From: an uncultured virus (IMG/VR IMGVR_UViG_3300042197_001981)
Lineage: Duplodnaviria > Heunggongvirae > Uroviricota > Caudoviricetes
Direction: 5' to 3' (one strand)
Length of the DNA stretch: 64,000 bases
Virus record (IMG/VR): IMGVR_UViG_3300042197_001981
Part shown: piece after piece, positions 28,655 to 40,600 of the stretch
Position numbering within the stretch: the stretch's first letter is position 1
How the letters are laid out: each line of letters starts with the position of its first letter
Made by a program: the position numbers and the translations under genes
The notes under the pieces: generated by a model
The model's input: only the letters and a program-made list of their open reading frames with translations
Database searches by the model: none
Told to the model about the DNA's origin: nothing

Positions 28655-31600
28655 CCGCCCGCGTTGCTCCAGCCATTCGCGGATGTATCGGATCCGCGGC
28701 TTCGCTTGTCCGCTCTCGCCCAAGTTCCGTTCGATGTCCGCGAACAATGCTTCGGGCGGAACGTAGCGTTCGTACTGGCCTCGCTTGTAAGCCAAGTTGA
28801 ACCTACGTTCGCTGATGCCTTTGTCGGTCGCGACCTTTTTGAGGTCACGCTCGGATACCCCGAGCTTCAGGAACCCGCGGCTGATGCTGCGCAGGTCGCG
28901 GGCGATCTTGCGGTTCTTGCGTTCGTGGTCATCCAAGATTTGAAACACGTCGGCCCGCGATAGGTTCTCACCGCTGCGGAGCTGCTTGGTCGTGTCTGCT
29001 TTCAGGTCGGTGTTGCGGATCCGCAGTTCACCAAATGCCCGGCCGGCCAGACGCGCCGGGTCGTAGGTGCGTTGCCGTACCGGCATGAACTCGGTCGCGA
29101 TGATTTTGAGTGGGGTTGCGACCTGCGCCTCTTCGTCGTAGATACCGCCGTCGAGATAACTGCTGACCGCTTGCCAAATTTTCTTGGGTGTCCGCGCGCC
29201 TAGCGCGGTGCTACCTATGTGCTTGGCCATCTTCATGGCCTTCTCACCCAAGTGGTCGTCCTGCAACCAGATTGGTTGCCCATACTCGTTCACGCCGTTG
29301 TACAGGCTGATCATGGCATCGGTCAGAATCTGCGGCGAGAGCAACGTGCTGCCGAACCCACGCATAGTCGCCAACACGGCCTGCTCATAACGCCCGGCCG
29401 CGATGTGGTTCATGGCCCGGGCCACCGGGTCAGTCCACATAGACAGCGGGTTCACGAACGTCAGATCCCACGAGTTGATGGTGCCATCGTCATCGCGTGT
29501 GAACAACAGGCTCGCATCCCGTGCGTACTCCGGCAGTCCGCGGCGGGCCGCTTCTTCTTCCTCGTCGTCGATCTCGAACATGAGCTTCAGTAGTTCTGGG
29601 ATCCCGTACCCGACCATGGCGGTCATGGTTCCAATACCTGCGAGTCGCTTCAGGCCGCGGTTGCGAAGCACCGCGTTGCCGCTGCGGGTTTCTTCCAACC
29701 CGCGGCCGATGATCTCGACAGGCATCCGAACCATTTCGCTGGTGAAACGGAAGAAGCTGTTGAATATCGTCCCCAACCCGCTGCGGGTGAACTCTTTGAC
29801 AATAGGCGGGTTCCGCTGCGATCCCTGCGAGGTGCGGTTTACTACCCGCGCCGCCATCTGTTCGATCTGTTCGCGGGTCGGCGGGTTCGGGTCGTTTCGG
29901 TAAGCGTTCTCCAACACCCGGATCTCGTGCGCCCAGTATGCAACCCGGTATTGCAAATCAATGGCCGCTGCGACCTCGGCTAGTTTCTTTGCGGGCGCAC
30001 TCAAAAAGTTTTCAGACTTGGCCAGCCAACCGCGGGGGCTGGCGAGTTCGTCGGTAGCCGACAACAGCCGCAGGGCTGCGTCTTCTGGGTTGTCCACGAC
30101 CCCGCGCAACACGTCACGCAGCAGGTTTTCACGCAGGTTCGTCTTGGCGATACCCAACGCAACGAGCTTGGCCCCGAACTGGTCGAGGTCGCCGCCGTAA
30201 ACTTCTTTGACACCATAATACGATTGTTTCAGATCGTCTAGGTTCGGCACGTATCCGTTCATCCACATGAAGAACCCGTTGCCGACCACGTTCCGCACGT
30301 AGAACCCTAGGCTGAGCAATGTCATGCTGGCCATACTCATACCGGTCACCCACGCCGCTGCCCGCTGCGCCCGCTGTATCGCAGTTTGCTGCGAGGCCGG
30401 GCTCGGGTTGAACATGGACTCGAACGCTTCGACGATCTCTGGTTCGGCGTAGAAGTTGCTGAGCGGGTTGCCGCCGCGGGTCTTGGTGGTCTTGGTCAGC
30501 GGCTCGTAGCTGAAGTACTTGTCAGGTTCCGCTGCGATCTGATCCGCGGTCACTAGCCACCCGCTCTTGACGCCGATGTCGGTGTACTGATTCAGGGCAC
30601 GCTGGGTACCCAAGAACCGAGCGAGTTCGGCGTAAGTGTTCAGGGCGTTCGTGACCGGGTTAACGTATTCACCCATGACCTCGCGCAGCTCGGCCGGAAC
30701 CTCTTGCTTCTGCATGAACCGGGTCAGGTTCGTACGTTCTGCTGCGGCCGCCGTCGGGTTCGGTTGCTTGCCGTGTTGGCTGACGTACTCGGCAAGTTTC
30801 TTGGTACCGATGTCAAGCGCGGCCGCCTCGGCCCGAACCAGCGACATGACCTCTGCGTCGCTGTACACGGCGTACTTGACGTCTTCGCGCCACAGCTCGT
30901 AGGTGTCCTTGATCCAAGACTTCTCGAAGAACTCGCGGCCTTTGTCCCGCAAGCCTGCCAGTTCGGGGTCCGACATGAGCCGGGCCGCGTACCCTTCTTC
31001 GTGGTGAAGCCGGTAGCGGCGCACCAAGTACACGCCCAAGTTCTGGTCGATGACCGCCCGTACCGGGTCGTCGATGGCCAGCTCGTCCCGGAGTTGGGCC
31101 GACAGTTCGTCGACCGCTCCGCGCAGGTCGGCTACTGCCTCGGCCACCGCCGGGGCGTTTGCCTGCAGCCTAGCCATGGCCCCGCGCATAGCAGCACGCA
31201 GCGGTACCAACGAAGCTGCCCGGGCGTCCCGGATAGCGGTCGCGTGGGCTTGGTCTGCGGCCGCGTACGCCACAGCCCGCATCCGTTTTTCTCGGCTGTT
31301 TTCCAAGACCTGCCGGGCCTGCTCGACGTTGCGTGTGTAGGCTGCTTTATCGCCGTCCACCCCGTATTGGGTCTTGGCGTCGTTCAGAAGTTCGCGGTAC
31401 CGTTTCATGGCCGGGGCTGCGGTGTACGCCTCGTCCGCCGCTGCGTAGGCCGCAGCCCGTGCGTCGTCCGCCGCCCGCCGGGCCGCGTCCGATACCGTAG
31501 GCTCGGTCGTACCCAACGCCAAGTTCAGATCGGCCGGGTCCACCGCGTTGCCTTCGGCTTTCATGGCGTCGTTCAGATTCCGGCTGAACTGCTTCATGCG

Positions 31601-34600
31601 CATCTGGGCAAGCTCCATGGCCTGCTGTTGGTAGTTGCGGATCTCGAACACCCGCGGGTCAACACGGCCGCCGGGCCTGAATGATCCGGCCCACCACGCG
31701 CCAGAGTCCCAGTCGCCGTCTTGGTTCACGAACAGGTCACCGACCCCGGCCGCAAATGCACCTTCGATGGACGGCGTGGTTCCGTACGTTGCACGGCTGC
31801 GGGTCACGTCGAGGTCCGCCGGGTCGTAGGTCCCGCGGTTCCCGGTGGCGGACTTGATCTGGGTCTGGTTACGCACCAAGTACACGTCGGTCGGTTTGGT
31901 GCCGTCGACCTCGACAATGTTTCTGAACAGTACGCCGTCGTACTCGTCTTGGGTCTGCAGCCACATCTCGATTTCGTCGGTGGACGTCAGTTGCTTCTTG
32001 GTCTCGAGATCCCAGAAGGCGCCGATCCCGACTTCCGGCGGCGTCGGAATCCTGTTCCACCGGGCTCCAGCAGCGTCGACGACCAACGGGTTTTGCAAGC
32101 TCAGGTAATACGCGCCAACAAACGGGGTCGCGCCGGAATCGTCGGGTCTTCCCGCGGCGAACTCGCTCGCAATCGCCGGATCAACTGCGAACCAGCGGCC
32201 GGTCCAGTCGGCGCCGAAGTCTCGGTCCGCACCGCGGAACACGCGCAGCGGTTGCCCGTCGCCGTCCACGACCTTGCTGTCGCCGAACCAGTTGTCGAAG
32301 TTCGGCCCGTACTGGGCGCGGCTGAACATAGGTTGCCCAAGTTTTTGAACACTGGTTCTCATTTCTGGAGAAATGCGCACTGCCCAAATTTCTTTTCCGT
32401 TCGGGAGTTGTGTTTTTTCAACCTTGCCACTCCACTGTTTGACGTACTTTCCAATCTCGTTGGGCAGCATGGTGTCGTAGAAGCCTTTCATTCCTTCGCC
32501 GCCAACTTTTAGGTCGAGGCCCCTATAACCACGCTGTCCGTTTTTGCCGCCAATGTCTTCTAGTGCTTTTTTTGCAAGGTCTTTGCCGACGTGATCCGCT
32601 AATTGACTTTCTGATAAGCCGTCTCGTTCAATATCGGGTTCAACGTCATCTTCTGCTGGAGGGTTTTTCCATGCGGCCATCCAGTAGCCTTTGTCGTTCT
32701 TTCCGATAACCACTCGATCAACCTGCTTGCTTAAATCAAACCTTTCAGCCTGCGTTTCACCAGTTGTCCAACCAATCCAGTCCTTGCCACCATCCACGGC
32801 ATCGCGCAGTGCGCGTTTGAAGAGTTGGATGGGCCAAGTGGTGCGGAAGGGTGCGTCTGCCACCTGCCCGTCAGAGGTCAGGGTGGCATATCTCTGCCTC
32901 GCTTGTTCGACGGCAGCTTTGAGTTCAGTCCTTACTGCATCAGCATCACGGATCGAGTCGTATTCTACTTTTCGTCCAGATGCGATGATTTCCTTTAGAG
33001 AGAGCGGGAAGCCATTCTCTTCACGGATTGCATATTCTCTAAGTTGTAACTTCTCTTCCGCGTCCTCCTTGACTTTCTTCGCTACTTCAATGTCTTCTGG
33101 AGAGGTGTCTTCCTTATATCCCTTCTTCCTGCCTGCCTGATGCCTATCAGACTGGAACTCCTCCACAAACAATCCCTGACTGCCATCGGTCAATGTGCGT
33201 TCGTTGACGCGCATGTGTGCGACGTAGTTGGGGATGTTTAAGAAGTGGGTGGAGGTGTATCGACCGCGAAAATCCCCTTTCCTAGAGTTCAGAACATCAA
33301 GTGCTTTCTGTTTTGCTTCTTCCTCTGTTTTGGAAAGTTCAATGAAATTACCCTCTGCGTCCCTAAGTCTAGAATTGAAACGCACTTGAATCGGGTAATA
33401 CCAAAGACCATCTTCTGATCTTTGTATTTTGTAATCGGAAGGTAGTTCTGTTAATGGTTTGGCAGGCATCGTCAGCACCACCTCACGGTAGTTATCGCCG
33501 CCGGGAAGTGTGTATTGGGCGAATTTTGGGTCACCTTTTCCTTTGGAGTATGCGTTAGCATACGCTCTCCAGTCGTACTCTTTCTGCAAAAGTTGAGCAA
33601 AAAACGCTTTGTCTTCCGGGTCTGTTGCACTTTCCCATTGTGCATATTGCTCTGGCATCGTCTCTTTCGCCCATTCAGAGACAGACATTTCACTCACCTT
33701 CCTAGGCTTGCTTAATGTCACTTCCTCAAGCCTAACAGCACCATCATCATTCAAGTACTGCAACAGCGCGTCCTTAGGAACCTTACCGTTGTTCTCCTTC
33801 GCCAGACGCTCGGCTTCCTGCATGACTCCAGTCCACTTCAACTCCTCGGCCTTGATACCGTATGCTGGGCTAAGTAGTGCCCGTATCTGTTCCAAGCTGG
33901 CTGAGCGCCCCTGAATTTTTTGGGCCACTACTTCTTGCGATTTAAGATAGAGGCCGCGGCTCCGGCGGATGTCGGGGCTGGTTTCTTGCGTGCGCCGCGG
34001 TGTAAAGACAATCTTGTCTTGGTCATTTATTAAAACAAACGGAGCATTTCTCATTTCTTCTGTAATGCCCCTAGCACGCATTCCTTTTTTAGGAAAGATA
34101 GATACTGGAATTATTTCGTTTGGCGCTACTTCTTGAGCAGCGTCCGTACGGCTTCTACCCTCGTGTTCTTCTGGGTAAACTACCCATACTTTTTTATCTT
34201 CATTCCATTCCGCGCCGATAAATGGAGGAGCGATAGCCTCTCCGACTTGAATTTTATCTTTAATAAAATCTTTTGTTTCTTCGCTGGATACTCCCACCGG
34301 TACAAGTTTTCTAAACTCTGATGGAAGCATTGGCACAACGAACCCAAAATAATCTATGTCAACTTGATTTGGCACGGAACCAATACCATTGACATCCCAG
34401 TTAATAGTTTGTCGGCTCCGGCGGATGTCGGGGCTGGTAGTTTGGAAACGCTGCGACAACGGGATCACATTGCCTTGGTCGTCGCGAGTTACAGGGTCTG
34501 CGGATTTTATTTGATTGGGCTCAAACACTACACGGACTGTTGGTAACTCTACTCCGTCATTATCAGGGTTAGCTTTTCTAAACTTTTCGTAACCACCTGC

Positions 34601-37600
34601 TTTTCTTACAGCTTCATCAAGGGAAGATTTGTTGTTGAAAACAATAGGGTTTTTTAGTTTAAGGTATGCAGTAGTTACATTATCCCCATAGAGAATCTTG
34701 GCGGCTTCCTCAGCTTCAGTGAACCATATACCTACCGGTTCAGATGCTTTTTTATCATAATTATCTCTATTAAAGAGTCGATTAAATACTGTAATGTTTT
34801 TTGTCGGAGATCCATGATACCAAGGTTTTGTTGTATATCCAGCAGCCCTCGCAGCTTGATCGACCAGTTCTTGCAACCGTTCGCGGTTTGCTTCTGGGTT
34901 TTGCGCGAGGCTCAAATACTCGGCGTCGAGTGCGCGGCTCCGGCTGATTCCCGTATCTGCACCACGCACCATGCGTACTGTATCATTGTACACCTGCCGG
35001 GTAATGTCGTTGACCTTCTGGCTGTCGAACCAGCCGACCACGTCGGCCATGAGCTGCTGGATCTTGGCGTACGAACGGCTGCGCATCTCGGCCTCGGTCA
35101 CCGTGCCGTACAGCATCTTTTGCACGCCCATGCGCAGGAACTCGGCGCCGTAGTCGACGTCGTTGCGGGCGCTACGGTACACAGACTTGATAGTCTTGCG
35201 CTGTTCGGCGCTCAGGCTCTGGGCTAGCTCGGTGTAGAACTCGACCCACTCGACGCCTGCGGCTCGGAGCGCGGCGTGGCTGGCCGCGTGGATAAATTCT
35301 TCCCGCATGGCCGCTTCGAGTACCGCCACCGGTTCGCCGACGAAAGCCATGGGGTTGTATTCAACGTAGGCACGACCTTGACGACCCTCGACCACGTACC
35401 GTGCGTCGACGCCAGTAAAGTTCGGCACTACGTTGACCCGCAGTTTCGAGGCCAAGCTGCCGAACTTCGCGTCGACGTGGGCCCGGACCTCCATGGAGCT
35501 TTCGGCCGGGGCGGTCAGCACGCTGCGGCTCTGCATGACGGTGCTGGTGTCCACCGGGCGGCGGACCACATCTTGCCAAGCGAAGGTACCGATGCCGACG
35601 TTCTCTGCGTCGCTCGGGTTATCCAGCGCCATGGTAAGGTCACGACCCAGCGCCGTCGAAAAGATTTGTGAACGCGCTGTATTCGCGTCGATTTCCTCGG
35701 CCGCGTAGGCCCGCCACGTTTCTTCGATGGTCTTGAGTTTCTTGGCGTCGCGCTTGGACTCCGGCGAGAAGATCAAACGGATCACTTCCCACGTCACCGA
35801 CTGCACTTCACGCGGCAAGTATGGATTACCGGCGTCAGTCAACGCCTTCGCCAGCCTACGGTACGGTTCAGCAAACACCGGGTATAGGCCCGCGACCCCG
35901 AGGTTGGAATCCTTACTTGAGTTCCCACCGCTGCCAAAGTTCTGACTGACCTCGCGGCTGGTTCCGCTCAGGGCCCGCCACAGCAACGCGGCTATGGCGT
36001 GTGTGTCCGTGGTGACGTGACCTTCCGCGTTTTGCGGGTCCACGATATTGTTGTAGAAACTGCGGACCTTGTGGGCCCCGCCGAGTTCCTCGTCCACGAC
36101 CGCCATGAGGTCCGCGTCTGCAGCCTTCAGGATGTTCAAAGATTTGGTGATCGCACCGTACCCGCCCCACGCCAACTTGATCGGTATGCCGGTCTTGGGA
36201 TTTTTAGCCGCATTCAAGAACACGCCGTCTGGTCGCACCGCCGGGTATTGCCGGTTAGGGTACTTTGTTTCTTCGCGCATACGCACGAACCAAGCCTGCT
36301 GTTGGGGGTTGAGTTCGCGCAACGTCTTGCCACGCATTTCCTCGAGCCGCTGCTTGGCTTGTTCTAGCAGCTCGGCCTTCTTGGCGCTGCTGAGTTGTTC
36401 AAAGATGATCGACCCGTTTTCGTCTCGGGCCAGACCGTCGTCGGCCTCATCGTCGAGTCTCGGCTTGACGCCCTTGGGCCACTTGTAGCTGCCGTTTTCG
36501 TTAAGCTCCGGTTGCGGTTCCCCGCCGCGCAACAGCCACTGAGCAGACATAGCTTCGTCCCAAGCGTAGTCTTGGTCGTTGGTCCAAATCTCCACGGTCC
36601 GCTGGCCCATCGCCACGTTCTGGAACCAGTCTTTCTGCGGGCTGAACACGGCCAACACGGCTGAGGCCCGCTCGAGCCCGATGCCGTGTTGGGTATCCAT
36701 GCCCTGCGCAATGATGTTCGCACCGTCGTACCACAGTTTTGCGATCTCGCGCAGGTCTTCCGGCACCAGATCGAATAACGTCTTGAGGTTTTCGCTGGTC
36801 TGTGCGACCAGCGTCTCAATGATGTCGTCGGCTTGTTGCTCGAGCAGTTCGGCGATCCGCTTGTTGCTCGTCTTGTCAGAGTTTTCCGCGATCTCACTCA
36901 ACAGGTTGGAGTACGCTCGGCTGCTCTTGGTGGTTAGATCCGACAACTCGTCGCTCTTGGCCATCATCCGTTCACGACGTTGGAGCCCGGCCCTGAACCG
37001 GGCCTGCAGCCCTTTACGCCGGACTACACCTTGGGCGTCCTTGGCGAAGTTTTCGCCGTCCGCCTGAATGTAGTCGTCGAACTCCGTGGCCGTAACCTTG
37101 CTTGGGTTGAACTGGCCTTTGTTTTTTCCTTTGTCGTAGCGTCGACCGAGGTCCTGAGCGACCATGGTTTTCAGGCTAACATTAAGCCGCTTGAGGTTGC
37201 TGCCGTTGGCTTCAGACTCCTTGATATTCTTTTGATGTTTAGCCCGTTCGTCGGCCACAAACTTTGCTAGCTCCGGGTAATCTCTGGCTACCAACGGAAG
37301 CTCGAGTAGTATGAGGGCCATGCGCCGGTACAGAACCGGGTTCCGCTCACGGATGACCGAGAGTTCGATCCGGTTGTTGGGGTCGACGCCTTCTTCGGTA
37401 CGTTTCTTCCCGGTCGGCTTACGGGTACCGACGGTACGGCCCGGCTTGGTGCGGCCTTTGACCTCGGCCGGATCTACCGCGTACACGACCCGCGACATCG
37501 AAATGATCGGCTGCGGGTTGACGAACTGATCCGCTACCTGCCCCGCGTTAGCCATCGGGTCGTTCGGATCCACGGCAGTAGCCGTGACCGGCGCCACGCC

Positions 37601-40600
37601 CTTCGCTGTGATCTGTCGGCCCAGCTCCGCCACGCGGTTCACCGCTTCTGAGATCCGTGCATTGTTGCCGCCCGGGTTGCGGTTGCTGAGTTCGTGGAAC
37701 GTACGCAACACAAAGCCCAAACCGTTGGGGTTGGCTACTAGGTCTTGGATCTGCTCGGAGCCGAGTTGGTCTTGGGCCATGGCCTCGACCAGCTGCTCGG
37801 GCGTGAACCCAAGGTCTTGGGCTACGCTTCCCGCTTCGGCTTCGGCACCCTGTGCGGCGAACGCCACCGCCAAGTCAAACTGTTGGGCAGCCAACGCGGC
37901 GTCCGGGTCGAGCTGGCCGTAGGCTTCGGCCGCCGCTTGCGGGTTGACGTGTACGTTCACACCGTCGAACACAACCGCTCGGCTGTAGTCGGTAGTTTCA
38001 AAGGTCGGGTACTCGGACTGTAGTGCGCCGAACTGTTGACCTTCGGCGGTCGTCAACGGCGGCGCTTCCGGGGTGGGCTGGACAAGGATGTCAAAGTCGT
38101 AGTCGACCCGGATCGGGACCACGTTCCCGTTTTCGTCCAAGGTCGCGCTGAAGTAGTCGTCGTCCTGCGAGACCGGCTTCTGAAGGTCTTCGCCGGTCCG
38201 CGGGCGGTAGCTGCCGTCTTGGTAAACCAACCCGGTGTCGGTAGCGGTAGACTCTTGTTCAAAATCTACAGCGAAGTCGATAGCGTCTTGGGTAGTCAGG
38301 CCCGGCACCAAGAAACTGTTTTCGCCCTTCGCGTCGTATCGGCCCACGATCCGCACGAAGTCGTACCCGCGGGACCTCAACCATTCTTCGGCCCGGGCGT
38401 TGTGCCCGACGTTCTCTTCTTCGGTCGCTACGGTATTGTTCGGGTTCTCCCCGGTCATCATGCCGAACGCTTGGTTCTGGATGATGTCTTGAATGTCCGC
38501 AGTCGAAATCGGCTGGTATCGGAGCGACTTGATCTGATGGTCCACCCAAGCGAAATCGGTGCGCTCGTTCGGGTTGGTCTGACCGAACAGCGGCCCGACC
38601 TTTTGGCCTTGCAGGTTCGCCGCCCGGCTGGCGCTGATCTGGCCGACGGTCCGCCCGTACGGCGCGGTTGCGTTGGCTTCGCGGATCGCCTGCTCGAGGT
38701 TGCCCAACGACTCTGCAATCTTGCGGATGGTCGGGGACGGGTTGGCTCCGCCGAATAGTCTGGCGATGAGGTCGATGAACTTCTGCACGAATGAACGTTC
38801 GCCGGTCTGGTCGAGCCCGGCCAGCTGCTTGTGGAACTTTTCGGAAGCCTTGAAGTGGGCAAGCATCTCGCGCACGGCCCGGATTTCGTCAAACGGTTCG
38901 GCCTCGTTGACCCGGCCCTCGAGCGCGTACCGCAGGTCGGCAGGCATCCGGTTGCCGTGGACCTGCTGTGCGCGGGTCCAAAGTTCTTCACGCAACCTGA
39001 ATAGCTCGTCACGAACCCGGGCCATGTTTTCGTTGGCTGGGTTGACGACCGCCTCGTCCAGCTTGGCGTGGCCCGCCAGCTCATGCAGCAGCGCGTCGAC
39101 CGGACCTCCGCCGTTGTCGGCCATGAGGTTCACAATGATGGCGTTGCTGTTGGGCAAATACGCGGCCGCGGTCTCGAGGTTGTTCGGCAAGTAAACAAAG
39201 AACACCCGGGTGTTCGGGATTCCTGTTTCCAGAAGCAGCTTGGCTGTTGCACGGTGCAGCTGGCTTTTGGCGCTGCGCGCCACCGACCCAATGATGTCCC
39301 GCAGGTCGGTCTCGTTGTTCAGGCTATGCCGCTTGATTTGTTCGGCGTGCTTGGCCCGTAACTTGGCTACCGCGGTGACCTTGCCCGGGCTCAGGCTAGT
39401 CAGGTGCGAGTCCAGCATGAACTCCAGCAAGTTGGTCGGGAGCTGTCCGTCCAGTACTCTTGTGACCGCTAGTTCCAGCGGGGTGCTGGGGGCCGTGAGC
39501 TGTCCAGCCTGCGCCCGTTGCAACACCTCTGCGATATCTTGGTCGGTCGCGAGGTCCGACATATCCAGACCGGCTGCAACCTCGCCGCCGATGAGCTGCA
39601 GTAGTTCGGCCGAATCGGTCACGACGTCCGGGTCGATGCCCAAGGTCGTGGCCGCGTTGCGCAACTCGCTGTTCAGTTCGGCTGGCACCTTGCCGCTGAC
39701 AAAGTTTTCCAACCGAAAGTCCCGGTTCTCATCGACGACCCGTTGCGTTCTGGAAGTGAGCGGCGGCCCGCTGAATTGTTGTTGACGTTGCTTGCGACGT
39801 TGGGTGCGTTGCTTTTGACGGTTGCGGTTAGCCGCTTCGTTTCGGCTGATGTCGGTACGGACCGCGGTTTCGATGGCGTTTGAAATGTTGATGTTCGAGT
39901 TACCATACGCCTGCACCAAACGTGCGGCGCTTTCGTCCGCCACGAACACCCAGCTGGCATCGCCGTTGGGTGCGAACACCCGGACGTGCATAGACTCGAC
40001 GTCGCCTGCGTCGTCGAGCCGGACGTTTGCAAACAGCGGCTCGGTCGGAAGCGAGTAGTCGGTGTTGCCGTAACGCATGACGCCGTTGTCCAGCACCGTG
40101 GCGACTTCGGTTTCTTGACCAGCTTGGCCTACGAACCTGCGAGGCGCACGGCGCGGGCTGACCCGGGCCGGTTCGTCCACGACCGAGTTGAAGCCCTCGA
40201 ACTCGCCACTAACCATGTCCGGGTTCGGGGTGATCTCGAGCGGCGGGTTTCCGTCTTCACGGTCCAGCAATACGCCGGACTCTTCACTAATGCGGACCCG
40301 ACCACGCTCGTTGTTCAGCACTACGACCCGACCTTCGAGTTCTCGGAACGTACGCTCGTAGGCTGGTACGACCGGTTCCTGCTGCACTTCCGGTGCTGGC
40401 GGCGGGGTCGACTCGACCTTGCGTTGGTAGTGGTTGCGTACGTCGTTAGGGGTGATCTGCGGCCGGCCGTTCTTTTCACCGCTCGGCGCAATGGTCAGAA
40501 GTTCTGCCATGTCGATGCCCAACCGATCCGCCAGCTTACGGGCCAACTGGGTCGGCACCGCGTTCGGCGTCCGGGCTGCGGTGGGTGCGACCGGTGTAAC

